46,806 nucleotides of DNA. It comes from a virus (lineage: Duplodnaviria; Caudoviricetes). A program made the translations under genes and the position numbers. The stretch is taken from positions 1 to 46,806 of the IMG/VR virus record IMGVR_UViG_3300032287_002815, one strand, 5' to 3'. Positions 17,225 through 26,600 of this stretch are shown in pieces. Every line of letters starts with the position of its first letter. The first letter of the stretch is position 1. Under the pieces are notes generated by a model. That model ran no database searches and was not told the origin of the DNA. It saw only the letters and a list, made by a program, of their open reading frames with translations.

Positions 17225-17456
17225 CCTGACAATCGAACGAGGCCGGGGAGCGACGTACCAGAGCGAACGCTGGACTGTCTACGAGCACGGGATCTACGGC
17301 CGTGACAGCGTGTTGTCTGACCAGAGTCGCCGCAGCTGGCTGGATGACTTCGACACGCTGGAAGAGGCCCAGAAGGCGTATCCAGATGCGGTCGTGTGCG
17401 CTGGCTCGACATACCATCCGCCGTGTCTGAACCACCTGCCCGGGGAGGATGAATGA
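17217..17456 (+). CDS. Phage early hypothetical protein (YGRDSVL...RRSWLDDFDTLEEA), 79 aa
   Basis: GTG 17217 after AAGGAGG; overlaps the previous stop. Confidence 0.65.
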   Translation: MRDLTIERGRGATYQSERWTVYEHGIYGRDSVLSDQSRRSWLDDFDTLEEAQKAYPDAVVCAGSTYHPPCLNHLPGEDE

Positions 17457-17716
17457 CCCTCGACGAAGCTCAACTATCGACCCGGCTGGCCATGCTCGTG
17501 GGGCCCGAGTCCGTTCGAGGCCCGGTGTTGTCGGCCTATGACGCGCTGCTTCTGGCCCGGGAAATCAGCAGGTGGGGTCGTGACCTCCCGGTCGGGGCCG
17601 AAGAGTTTCTGGCCGGTTGTCTGCGCCGTCGTGAGCGCCGGCTGACGAAGGATTCCGCCCGGGATCTGGTTGTGTTGGCCGTTGACTACTGCGGCAAGCG
17701 GATTACGGTTTACTGA
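17453..17716 (+). CDS. Hypothetical protein, 87 aa
   Basis: ATGA coupling after GGAGG. Confidence 0.55.
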   Translation: MTLDEAQLSTRLAMLVGPESVRGPVLSAYDALLLAREISRWGRDLPVGAEEFLAGCLRRRERRLTKDSARDLVVLAVDYCGKRITVY

Positions 17717-17722
17717 TTCACA

Positions 17723-17753
17723 AGGAGGGCTCCTTGCGGGGCCCTCTTTTCTT
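17723..17753 (+). terminator. Intrinsic terminator ending the early operon
   Basis: GAGGGCTCC-TTGC-GGGGCCCTC-TTTTCTT. Confidence 0.7.
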
Positions 17754-17757
17754 GCCT

Positions 17758-18120
17758 ATGAAACCTGAATTGCTAGCAGCACTGATCGCCGTGGAATCCG
17801 GCGGGAACGACATGGCGCGGGGCCGGCACGGCGAGCTTGGTGCTTTGCAGGTGCGCCCCTGCGTTGTGGCCGATGTGAACCGAGTCGTCGGGGCGCACTA
17901 CCGATGGTCTGAGATGACCAACCGGGCGACGGCCATCCGAGTCGCCGAGGCGTATCTCAACCACTGGGGATCACCGAGTCGTCTGGGGAGAAAACCGACT
18001 GATCGGGATCTGGCCATGATCTGGCACCATGGACCGAGAGGATGGAAGCAACGTGATGGCGCGTACTGGAAGAGAGTACGCAGCCGAGTCGTCTTGGGAA
18101 GAGTCGTCGCAGCGAAGTGA
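17758..18120 (+). CDS. Lysozyme-fold enzyme (SLT / i-type destabilase-like), probable endolysin
   Basis: ALIAVESGG (catalytic Glu), GALQV, IWHHGPRG, YWKRV motifs. Confidence 0.8.
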   Translation: MKPELLAALIAVESGGNDMARGRHGELGALQVRPCVVADVNRVVGAHYRWSEMTNRATAIRVAEAYLNHWGSPSRLGRKPTDRDLAMIWHHGPRGWKQRDGAYWKRVRSRVVLGRVVAAK

Positions 18121-18183
18121 CTCGGAGCACGGAGATCAGCGCGTCTGGTCTCCCTCTCCGCGCCAGTAACGCGGCATACTAAC

Positions 18184-18483
18184 ATGGAAAACGAAACACC
18201 AGTTCAACCTAGTGAGGTGCAGATCGCAGCCTCTACGCTCGGCCGACGTGGCCGTGGCAAAACGAAGACCATCACTGACGAAGATCGCCAGCGGCGTTCC
18301 GACCAGATGAAGGAGATCAACGAGAAGCGCCGAACGATCCGAGTTCAGGGCGTAGTCGTGAACAGCCCGGGTGGTAACACGCAGGTGAATCAGATTGTGA
18401 AGAAGATCGAGCCCGTGACTGACCCCCGAGTCGTCGCGGCGATCGGGCGCACCGTGCGTTCGCAGGGGAGGATCGTGCAATGA
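18184..18483 (+). CDS. Basic hypothetical protein, 99 aa
   Basis: AASTLGRRGRGK motif; ATG just after a -10-like CATACT. Confidence 0.65.
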   Translation: MENETPVQPSEVQIAASTLGRRGRGKTKTITDEDRQRRSDQMKEINEKRRTIRVQGVVVNSPGGNTQVNQIVKKIEPVTDPRVVAAIGRTVRSQGRIVQ

Positions 18484-18695
18484 AGCGCAAGGTCGTGATC
18501 GTGCTGGAGGATTCTGACGACGGGTTCTCCCGCCAGATGTACGTCGAGCCGCCGCTACCTGCGGATATGAACGAGACTCAGCCTACACCGGCATTGCTCT
18601 GCGCGATGGTTGTGCATCGAGCGATTCAGGCGTTCGTGGAAGCGGGGGAACCGGAGGAGAAACCCACGCAGGAGAAAGCCGATGACCAAAACTGA
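18480..18695 (+). CDS. Hypothetical protein, 71 aa
   Basis: ATGA coupling. Confidence 0.6.
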   Translation: MKRKVVIVLEDSDDGFSRQMYVEPPLPADMNETQPTPALLCAMVVHRAIQAFVEAGEPEEKPTQEKADDQN

Positions 18696-18984
18696 CCTGA
18701 TCCATGCGCTTGCTGAAGAGTGCGGTCTGCTGGTTCCTCACGCTCGGCAGATTGTCGATCGGATGTTCGACCTGATGATGGACGCGACCTTGGCCAGTGG
18801 GTTTGAGGTCAGGGGATTCGGCTTACTGGAGACTCGAATGACCAAGCCGATGATCGGACGGAACCCGCTGAAGCCCGATGTTGAGATCGTGATTCCGCCC
18901 CGGCCGAAGGTAGTATTCCGTCCGTCGAAAGAGTTCCGAGATCGGGCGATCAAAACACTTGCGGTTGGGGGTCGTAAAAAGTAG
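18682..18984 (+). CDS. HU/IHF-family DNA-binding protein, 100 aa
   Basis: MTKTDLI...EVRGFG...GRNP..P....IP....VVFRPSK signature. Confidence 0.88.
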   Translation: MTKTDLIHALAEECGLLVPHARQIVDRMFDLMMDATLASGFEVRGFGLLETRMTKPMIGRNPLKPDVEIVIPPRPKVVFRPSKEFRDRAIKTLAVGGRKK

Positions 18985-18987
18985 GAT
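18959..18987 (+). promoter_or_regulatory. Promoter for a short non-coding transcript
   Basis: TTGCGG-17-TAGGAT with no ORF before the terminator. Confidence 0.5.
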
Positions 18988-18993
18988 ACCACC

Positions 18994-19054
18994 GCTTGTA
19001 GTGCTGTTCATAGTTGTCGAGCCCCCTAGGATTGAGAGGTCCTAGGGGGTTTTT
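18994..19054 (+). ncRNA. Candidate ~60-nt antisense sRNA
   Basis: Promoter, then a single-stranded TTCATAGTTGTC seed, then a terminator. Confidence 0.45.
19022..19054 (+). terminator. Intrinsic terminator
   Basis: CCCCCTAGGA-TTGAGAGG-TCCTAGGGGG-TTTTT. Confidence 0.9.
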
Positions 19055-19149
19055 GTTGGTCACCCCTCCCGGCGTCCGACCGAGAGGGGCACAAGCCGAT
19101 ACCAGACCGATGGGTGGGAAAAACTATGAAACCACCCCGGCCACGTCGG

Positions 19150-19359
19150 TTACCCAAAAGTGGCTGATAGCACGCCTGGAACCTTGCGGAGGTTCGCCAG
19201 GAGCGCGTCAGGAGTCTGCGAGTTGGACACGCAGATGCCAATGAGATCCTTGCGAGCGCGGTCGCTGAGATCCTTGGTGTCGATTACGACCACCCGGTTA
19301 CCGGATAACGCGATCCGATGGATGCCGGTGGATTGCTTCGATGATGCGGGCGTCTTCAC
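19150..19359 (-). CDS. Hypothetical protein, ~69 aa
   Basis: Last ORF of the leftward operon; ends ...LRKVPGVLSATFG; start uncertain. Confidence 0.55.
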   Translation of the reverse strand: MKTPASSKQSTGIHRIALSGNRVVVIDTKDLSDRARKDLIGICVSNSQTPDALLANLRKVPGVLSATFG

Positions 19360-19501
19360 GGGTCATGGCTTGGTAACGTCTGGAGACCTGCTGGCAGTTC
19401 CAGCACGGCTCGCGGAAGCAGCCGCATCCGAGCCGCTCATACAGCTGGCGGGCTATCGCTTTGAATCTGGAGAGTTCGTCGTTTTCGTGGTTGGAGTCCA
19501 T
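19298..19501 (-). CDS. Small Cys-containing protein (CGC...CWNC), 67 aa
   Basis: ATG 19501; possible Zn-binding site. Confidence 0.5.
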   Translation of the reverse strand: MDSNHENDELSRFKAIARQLYERLGCGCFREPCWNCQQVSRRYQAMTREDARIIEAIHRHPSDRVIR

Positions 19502-19679
19502 CGTGGTGACGGTAGCGGTTGATGGTTGTGTAGGAGACATCGAGGATACGTGCTAGCTCGACATCGGTCACGTGCATCGGGGCGCCTTTGATTGCCAGTC
19601 GCTTCTCGATCGGGATGCGCGGTCGGCCTGATGGTTTGATGATGCCGAGGAGCTTCTTGATGCGGTGGATGAGGTTCAT
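19437..19679 (-). CDS. HTH DNA-binding protein, 80 aa
   Basis: GRPRI...TDVELARILDVSYTTINRYR helix-turn-helix. Confidence 0.7.
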   Translation of the reverse strand: MNLIHRIKKLLGIIKPSGRPRIPIEKRLAIKGAPMHVTDVELARILDVSYTTINRYRHHDGLQPRKRRTLQIQSDSPPAV

Positions 19680-20218
19680 TCGCAGCTGTAGATTTCGGTG
19701 GTGGTTTTGAGATCCGTCGGCCACTCGGGGGTGACGAAGGAGAGGTCGTGGAATAGGACTTTGTCCGTCGGCTGGATCGTGAGCCGGCCGTTGTCCAGCT
19801 GGATAAAGCAGAACTCCTTGGCCTGTTCGGGATACCGAGAGAAGCCGTCGTCGATGGGTGCGGCTGTGAAGAGGTACTGGCCTTTGCGAAGCAGGCTACC
19901 AGCCTTCGGTTCGGCGGTGACGCCGCGCAGATAGGCGTACTCGATGGTCGTGAACTCCCGGCCGTAGCAGTCCCACCGTTGCGCGTGCTCGATACGCCAG
20001 TCAGGTTCCGGGTTCTCATTGAATGCTAGCGCGTGCGGTGGCACCGCCCGGTAGACGGCCCCGCATTCGAGCATGATCGTGCAGCCCCAGGCGCGTCCAG
20101 GAATCGAGACCAATCCGAACCAGACGCAGGGCATGAGGCCGATTTTGTCGGAGATAAACGATGCATCGACGTAGCAGTATTGATGGTGTGGCAGCTGGCC
20201 AGATTGTGAGAAGGTCAT
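19676..20218 (-). CDS. Conserved phage hypothetical protein, 180 aa
   Basis: WFGL.S.PGR...LECGAVY...Q.WDCY...LDNG....QP motif; ATGA coupled at both ends. Confidence 0.8.
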   Translation of the reverse strand: MTFSQSGQLPHHQYCYVDASFISDKIGLMPCVWFGLVSIPGRAWGCTIMLECGAVYRAVPPHALAFNENPEPDWRIEHAQRWDCYGREFTTIEYAYLRGVTAEPKAGSLLRKGQYLFTAAPIDDGFSRYPEQAKEFCFIQLDNGRLTIQPTDKVLFHDLSFVTPEWPTDLKTTTEIYSCE

Positions 20219-20418
20219 GGTTTGGGTTTAGTGTAGAGGTAGATTCCGGTTTCCAGAAGCTGGTGAATCAGATGGCCTTGGTAACTGAGAACCCAGGCCG
20301 CTGGTGTCGGCTTGCGGTGGATCATGCCAACGGTCACGGCTTTCTTCGCTTGGGCGGCTTGGTAGAGTTCTGCGAGGGTGTTGAGTCGGGTCGGTAGAAT
20401 AGGTGCGTCCGCCGGCAT
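20215..20418 (-). CDS. Hypothetical protein, 67 aa
   Basis: Coupled to the downstream gene; PAAWVLS motif. Confidence 0.55.
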   Translation of the reverse strand: MPADAPILPTRLNTLAELYQAAQAKKAVTVGMIHRKPTPAAWVLSYQGHLIHQLLETGIYLYTKPKP

Positions 20419-20510
20419 GAGATGCAGGTTACTTTGGATTTGTCTTCGGTGATGTTTGGAAGGAATCGACCGCACGCGGTGCGCAGGTATCCGTAGTAGT
20501 GTGTGGTCAT
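20334..20510 (-). CDS. Small Zn-finger protein, 58 aa (MTTHYY...TACG...VTCISC...), not in ORF track
   Basis: Manually translated; ATGA-coupled to the upstream stop; H...CG...VTCxxC pattern. Confidence 0.6.
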   Translation of the reverse strand: MTTHYYGYLRTACGRFLPNITEDKSKVTCISCRRTHLFYRPDSTPSQNSTKPPKRRKP

Positions 20511-20749
20511 GGCTTCAACGCCTCGACGGCGATCTGGGATTCAGTCGAACGGTTGCCTCGGTAGTCCTGATTGGCGATCTTTCGGAGGGCAGCCTCCAGC
20601 CGCTTTATGCGTTCTTGAATCTGCGATGCATACCTGCACGCCATGGACGGAATCTGAGTGTCTGATCCACACTCAAACCTGCGCGTGTTAACTCCGTTAA
20701 AATGCCAGAACGGAGCGTTACACCGAGGGCAGTTGTGTTCGTTGCTCAC
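20507..20749 (-). CDS. Zn-ribbon plus coiled-coil protein (CPRC...FECGS...C; RIKRLEAAL)
   Basis: GTGA-coupled start at 20749. Confidence 0.65.
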   Translation of the reverse strand: MSNEHNCPRCNAPFWHFNGVNTRRFECGSDTQIPSMACRYASQIQERIKRLEAALRKIANQDYRGNRSTESQIAVEALKP

Positions 20750-20967
20750 GGCTTGGCCTCCTTGTCCCACGATTGAATAGCTTCTTGAGTACGACGAATT
20801 ACTGAACCTTCTCCAGACGCAACTGTTCCGATGTATGAGGCGCAGTTGCGGAGTTCATTGCCAGCAGTCTCCAGCCGCTTAATACGTTCACGAAGCTCTG
20901 ATTTGTCCCGATCAAGTTCGCTTATCGTTTTGCAGTAGGCCACATGGGCATCGACAATATGGCTCAC
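20746..20967 (-). CDS. Coiled-coil protein (RIKRLETAG...WDKEAKP)
   Basis: GTGA-coupled start at 20967. Confidence 0.65.
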   Translation of the reverse strand: MSHIVDAHVAYCKTISELDRDKSELRERIKRLETAGNELRNCASYIGTVASGEGSVIRRTQEAIQSWDKEAKP

Positions 20968-21206
20968 GGTTTGGCTTCCTTGGCTTTGTTCCACACCTTA
21001 ACACGGTCTGGATAGTATGAGTTCTCAATCGCTCTATCCCCCGCCTCCTCCAACCGGCGAATCCGATCAGTCAGATTGAGGGCGTGGATATTCAGTTTTC
21101 GTAACATCTCATTGGCCGCGTTGAGTTCGCGTTCCATCTTCTGCGATTCGGCGAAGAGCATGTGGAACGACCAGTCGAAGTTGTCCGTCCTCGGTGTATC
21201 GCTCAT
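20964..21206 (-). CDS. Coiled-coil protein (MSDTPRTD...ERELNAAN...RIRRLEEAG...KEAKP)
   Basis: ATGA-coupled start; the SDTPRTD start is common in phage accessory ORFs. Confidence 0.7.
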   Translation of the reverse strand: MSDTPRTDNFDWSFHMLFAESQKMERELNAANEMLRKLNIHALNLTDRIRRLEEAGDRAIENSYYPDRVKVWNKAKEAKP

Positions 21207-21391
21207 TTCGCCTCCTTCACTTTCACCATCGGAACAAAATCCAGCCGGTTGTTGTCGTCGATTGCGATGCCCCAGTTGTTCCTTCGGCAACACAGTTCGG
21301 TTGCGTTGTAGACCTCCATCATCGTCTTCTCAGGCAGATAGAGAGATAGAAGCCCTTGGAACGTGATGCGGATTGTGTCTTGGTCGCTCAC
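21203..21391 (-). CDS. Hypothetical protein, 62 aa
   Basis: Coupled at both ends. Confidence 0.6.
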   Translation of the reverse strand: MSDQDTIRITFQGLLSLYLPEKTMMEVYNATELCCRRNNWGIAIDDNNRLDFVPMVKVKEAK

Positions 21392-21597
21392 GGCCGTCCC
21401 TCCTTAATGATCGCCCAAACGGCTCGCTTCTTCACGCCGATAGCCTTCGCCACGTAGGCCAAGCTCTGACCTTCGTTCCACAATTTCCAGGCGCGTCTGG
21501 CATTGAATACCGGAACCGGTGCCCGTGCTGGCACCGCAACTGGATCGGGGAAACTGATCCACCCACGGGCGACTGCGTTTGAGATGAGTGCATTCAC
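21388..21597 (-). CDS. HTH-containing protein, 69 aa
   Basis: GQSLAYVAKAIGVKKRAVWAII. Confidence 0.6.
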   Translation of the reverse strand: MNALISNAVARGWISFPDPVAVPARAPVPVFNARRAWKLWNEGQSLAYVAKAIGVKKRAVWAIIKEGRP

Positions 21598-21821
21598 GAT
21601 TTACCTCCATTGATTACGTTCCAGATTACACTGTGCGACCGTTTGAATTTCTTGGCCAACTCACGATAGGTGTACGTCGGATTCTTGCGCTTAGCCTCGA
21701 TGATCGCTTTGCATTCGGCATCGGTCATCTGTCTCCAGGTGCCGCTGGGTTGCTCTTCGATAATCGGAACCGGTGGCTGCTTTCCGATCACACGCTCGAT
21801 GGCTTCACGGGAGAGTTTCAT
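21594..21821 (-). CDS. HTH-containing protein, 75 aa
   Basis: TYRELAKKFKRSHSVIWNVING. Confidence 0.65.
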   Translation of the reverse strand: MKLSREAIERVIGKQPPVPIIEEQPSGTWRQMTDAECKAIIEAKRKNPTYTYRELAKKFKRSHSVIWNVINGGKS

Positions 21822-22599
21822 CTTTGAGGATCCAGGTGGGGGATTGAATGATCTGGATGGAATCGCCGTTGTACCCGGGCCAGCTGTCGGTGTCTTCGCA
21901 GATCATCCACTGGCGGATCCACGACTGCCACGTGCTGGAACCCTTGTCCAAGGATTCGGTGTCCAGCTGGTACACAGCGACCGCGTATGGCGCTTGGTCT
22001 TCGACACAGATCCACTGCCATGCGCGTGTCTCGCCGGTGATGTCCCGGTACAGGTCACGGTAGTAGGCAGCCTGCACGTCATAGCGCAGCTGGCCAATCT
22101 GGCGCCGGAACCCGGCCTTGCTAGCATCGCGGCATTTCTTCAGGTCCACGATTACCGGGGTCGTGTTAGGCAACCAGTCGATCAGGCCCTTGCGTTCGCA
22201 GGACTCGAACTCACCGAACATCCCGACCTGGGCCTTGCCCGGCTCGGCTAGTAGGCGGCCGGCAACCGGGTGTTCGCGAACGGCCTCGACCATGCGCTCG
22301 ACGGTTTCGATTGCGTCCTGCTTGAATACGGTGACGCCTCGGGCCTCCTGCTCGTCTCTCCAGCTGCGTGCCTCCTTGGTCCGGTAGTCATCGAATGGCG
22401 ACGTGGTCCAGAGGTAAGGCGTGCCGAGGACCTTGTGGTCCAGTAGACTGCCGATGTTCATGGCGTCCGTGGTTTCCTTCTCTTCCTCAAAGCCGACCAT
22501 GGCGTGCGCCGGTGAGCGGGAGAATGCCTTGAGACTGGAGATGTTGATCGCCGGGTGTTGGCGATACGTGGCTACGTCGATGGGGTGGACTAGCTTCAC
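21805..22599 (-). CDS. RecE/Exonuclease VIII-like PD-(D/E)xK exonuclease (DUF3799)
   Basis: SSLK...SPAH, KGLIDW...IVDLKK, YDVQAAYY, WPGY motifs. Confidence 0.88.
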   Translation of the reverse strand: MKLVHPIDVATYRQHPAINISSLKAFSRSPAHAMVGFEEEKETTDAMNIGSLLDHKVLGTPYLWTTSPFDDYRTKEARSWRDEQEARGVTVFKQDAIETVERMVEAVREHPVAGRLLAEPGKAQVGMFGEFESCERKGLIDWLPNTTPVIVDLKKCRDASKAGFRRQIGQLRYDVQAAYYRDLYRDITGETRAWQWICVEDQAPYAVAVYQLDTESLDKGSSTWQSWIRQWMICEDTDSWPGYNGDSIQIIQSPTWILKDETLP

Positions 22600-23585
22600 A
22601 GCGCACCTCCGGCCTTCATCATTGCACGGCCGATACCGCGCTTATTCCGGATGATCCAGTTGCAGATATCAGGAGGGAGGTCCGCCACCGTGGGATAGTC
22701 TTCGGGGCTTTCCCACCACTTAAGATCCTCAACGAGCTTCACCAGCTGCTCGTAGGTGATCCCAGCGGATGCTAGCGTCCCTTCGACGGTTTCAAGCTCA
22801 GGCTCCGGTGCGGGAACGGGTGCGACCGGGGCGGGTGCGGTCTCAACGATCTCAGGTGCGGGTTCAGGAGCGGCAGGAGCAGGCGGCTCCACGATTGCAA
22901 TAGCCTCGGCCTCCTTCTTCTTGCGGGGTTTCGGTTCGGGCGGCGTCGGGGTCACGTCCACAACGGAACTGGTCACGGTGGTAGCGACAGACGGCTGCAC
23001 GACCTGCTGGGCTACCTGAGTGTCGTGGATCTCTTCCGAGGTGTGCATACCCAACGCAATCTCCGGCGCATAGGCGCGGCACCAGAACGCAGCTGCGCGG
23101 TACTGAAGCATCTGCTCCGGCATGGTCTTCCATTTACTGCCAGACTTGCCATACCAACCCTCGGCCTTGGCCATGGCGATCGTCACCAGAGCGCCAACAA
23201 GCTCGAGGTTGCTCTCGCGCTCGACTGCAAAGGCGCGGCAGCCCCAGTCATCCGTCCCCTCTTTTCCGACCCAGCGGAAACGCATCGGGGAGAACCGACC
23301 GCAGCTGTTGACCGTGGCAATAAGGAACGAGGCAGACCACGTGGGCTTGCCGTGGATTGGAACCATCGACTGCATGACGGCCATGACCGAGGCGCCGATG
23401 CGCTGACTGAGTTCCAGCGCGATGATGCAGTTTCCGAGGTTGGCTTCGCCCCGATACGAATCAGGAACGAGCGTGCTAGACGCAAGGGCCTTTGCCATGC
23501 GCTGGACGGACACGAACGCGTTCTCCGAAGAGAAGGCGCTCAGGGGTTGCGATTGCTGTGTTGTTGCGACTTGTAGGTTGCTCAT
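22596..23585 (-). CDS. RecT-like single-strand annealing protein
   Basis: NCIIALE...VMQ...IHGKPTW...WKTMPEQML.YRAAAFW.R..APE motif; paired with the exonuclease. Confidence 0.82.
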   Translation of the reverse strand: MSNLQVATTQQSQPLSAFSSENAFVSVQRMAKALASSTLVPDSYRGEANLGNCIIALELSQRIGASVMAVMQSMVPIHGKPTWSASFLIATVNSCGRFSPMRFRWVGKEGTDDWGCRAFAVERESNLELVGALVTIAMAKAEGWYGKSGSKWKTMPEQMLQYRAAAFWCRAYAPEIALGMHTSEEIHDTQVAQQVVQPSVATTVTSSVVDVTPTPPEPKPRKKKEAEAIAIVEPPAPAAPEPAPEIVETAPAPVAPVPAPEPELETVEGTLASAGITYEQLVKLVEDLKWWESPEDYPTVADLPPDICNWIIRNKRGIGRAMMKAGGAL

Positions 23586-23623
23586 ACGTCAGTCACCGTA
23601 TAGCAACTGACGTCACGTGTCTA
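23586..23623 (-). promoter_or_regulatory. Promoter of the recombination operon with an inverted repeat
   Basis: TAGACA-17-TACGGT, ATG 9 nt later; ACGTCAGT-N12-ACTGACGT (23586-23613) flanks the -10. Confidence 0.55.
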
Positions 23624-23629
23624 GCGTAA

Positions 23630-26600
23630 TCAGAACGAATTTTTCAGATTTGTTCTGGCATTTCGGCGAATGCGGTCTGCGTTCTTGTCGATGAAGTCCG
23701 CTGCTTCGGTAGGCGGGAGTGCCAGCAGACGCTTGGAATTCTGCTCGATGAACTTGCGATAACCCTGACCAACGGCCCGTTGGTACGCGTATTTCTCTTC
23801 GCGGGTCATCTCGCGACGAGTGCCGTTCTCGTTGACCTTCACGGTGATGGCAGGCGTCGGCATGAACACGCCCCGGCTGGCGAGTTGGCCCAGTGTATTC
23901 CAGGCGGGATCCTCAGAGCGTTGAGTGACCCAACGGCTGTACGGATAGCGTTCAACGCGCACCGGTTCACCGAGCACGTTCAAGATCGGACCCGGCCCGA
24001 TTTCGCGACGGGCAAATGGCACCTGCTGAAGGAAGTATTCGTGACCCAGCCCACCCGGCTCAGCCTTGAAGATCGACGGATCAGACCACGCATCGACTTC
24101 CTTCAGGATGTTGGGCACGAACGATCCACCCAGACGCGCCAGATAACGCGGCGCTGACTTCTCGACGATCTCGTTGGTGTCGTACTTGTAAGCGTTGGCG
24201 AAGCCCAGGAACTCCGTGAGACCGGAGATTGCGGACGAATCCTTCACGATGAACAGGCCGGCCGTCGCTGCATCCTGAACCTTGGCGATGATCCCCTCCT
24301 GATTCCACTTCTCGGGCTCGAACAGCTGGCGATCGCGGAGTTCGCCAATGGCTCCCAGAAGACCACCGAAGCCCAGCTGGCGATAGGAGATGTAGGTATC
24401 ACCAACGCGGATCGAGTACGGCTGACGGCCTTCCGCTAGCAGCTGCTTGCGCTTGTTCGGATCGAGGGATTTGAACGACCCAGTAATGTCGATGTCACGA
24501 TCCTCTTCCTTGTCATCATCACCGAGGAACAGCGCCGCTGCTGTTGCGCCCAGCGCACTGCCAATCACAGCCTTGGCCCGCAAGAGATCGCGACGGGCCG
24601 GCGTGTATTGCAGGCCGCCGGGCTGGTCAGACTTGCCAGGTGCAGATTGAATCCAGCGATAAACCGCGATGGGGGCCGCGTAGTTGAGAAGCTCGTTGGT
24701 GTAGTTGGCGGCGAAGCGAACGAAGTTGGTTCCGGTCAGGAACTTCAGTGCGGGGAACTTCCGCGAAGCTGCATTCAATCCCTCGTACAGCGAGCCCATC
24801 ACGCCTTGAGGAACCTCGGTGAACGTAACGGCCTCGCGGATGTCCTTCGAGGTCATCAAGACATCGACCGGAAAGCTCTCCTGGAGAATCTCGCGGGTGC
24901 GCTTGTTCACCAAGTCGGGCCGTGTTCCTTCAGCAATGGCGCGATCGCGTGCGGCCTTTACTATGTCCGCTTCTGGAAGCATCAGGTTGCGTGCTTCTTC
25001 GGATCCGACCTCCTTGTTAAGCGCGTAAGCCTTTGCGGCTCCGTCAGACATCATGGCGGTCACATGATCCAATGCCAGCATCAAACGGCTCACGTACTTG
25101 GCTTGGCTCAGACCCTTGGCAAACAAGTTGCGCGATTCACCGAGGCCTTCGAGTGAGTTACCCGGCTGGTCAGGGTTGAAGTTGACGGAGCGGTAAAGCT
25201 CGCCACGCCAGAGCATGGGCCAGAAGTCGCGGATGCCTTCGTCGAGTCCTTTGAGTGCGGACTTCGTGATCAGGCCAGCTTCCTTGCCAGACAAGCCAGC
25301 CAGCATCACGGTGTTCAGCGCGCCATTGAGAATGTTGAGTGCGTTATCCAGCTGCGTCCGTGTGCCAGACAGCACAGCTGCATACCAGTAATCCCGCAGG
25401 ACATCGGAGAACCGCACGCCGCCTTCGCGGGCCATGAGGCGGAACATCTCCTGGATAATCTGGTTTCGATTGGTGCCCTGGGCAGCCTGCGCCCGTTGTG
25501 CTAGCTCGGTGAGCTTGCGAGCGGTAAGGCCGTTGATCTCGGCCACACCAAACTCAGGCGCCACTGCATCACGGAAAGCCTGTTCCCACAGAAGGAATGT
25601 GTCGGGGCCATCGGTGGTGACCTGCTCTCCAGGAGTAGCCCTGGCGATATTCGCGTACTTCAGGATGCGTGGCAGGGAACGGAAGAGTTTCTCCCGAGCA
25701 TCGGGCTTGACCGTCGGCAGCGGAACTTTCTTAGCAAACTCGGCTCGGAAAATCTGGTTCCGCTTGTTCTCCCAAGCAGTCGTCAGGAGGTTGGTGATCT
25801 CCGCGATGCCAGCAGGACTGAGGTTCTTCAGGCGAGGATCGGCGAGAATGACCTGGAGCATCTTCTGGCGGACAGAACCCTGAGTTTGCAGGGACTTCGT
25901 CAGTATCTCGCTCCATTTGATCTCGATTGGAGGACCTTTGGCTTCACCGGCAACCTGTTTGATCTTGCGGAACTCGCGGGCAAACACGTTGTCCGCTTCC
26001 TTCATGGCCTCTTTGACCTGATCAATCGCTTGCTGACCAGACTCGACGAGCCAGTCGCGCACCTGCGAAGCAGTGATCTCGGGGAACGGGATCTTGCGCT
26101 TCTGCTGCTCGTTTATCAGCCGGCGATAGACCAGCTGCGGAACCATCCACGCATAGCGAGCGAACGTCAGCTGGCGAGCGCGGCCCTGTTTGCCGAAGTC
26201 GGATCCCGCTTGAACCAATGCAGCCGCGATGCGCGCTTGCAGATTCAGCGCACGCAGGAGGTCTATCGGATTCTTGGCGCGTGCGACATCAAGTTCGGAT
26301 CGCTGAAGCAACTCGCCACCAACGTATTCACGCAGCGCCTTGTCGATGTCGGCGCCCATAAAACCCTGAAACGCCTGCTCCAGGTTACCCTTGTAGAAGT
26401 CCACCCACTTGCGGGCTTCGGCCTGCCAGTTCGCATCGGTGTCGCGAGTGACTTCACCACGGAAGATGCCCCGCGATTCAACACGTTCAGCAGGCGACGG
26501 CGGCTGCGGACGCTCAGGCGTGCCAGCAGGGATCTCCTGGTTCGGGAAAGCCTTGATGTGCTCCTCGAAGTTAGCAGCAGTCTCCGGCTCGTTATCCAGC

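Noticed and set aside
18823-19011. Minus-strand ORF MNSTTSGG...
   Set aside because: It lies antisense to the HU gene and has no protein-like features. Kept only as the alternative explanation for the sRNA seed.
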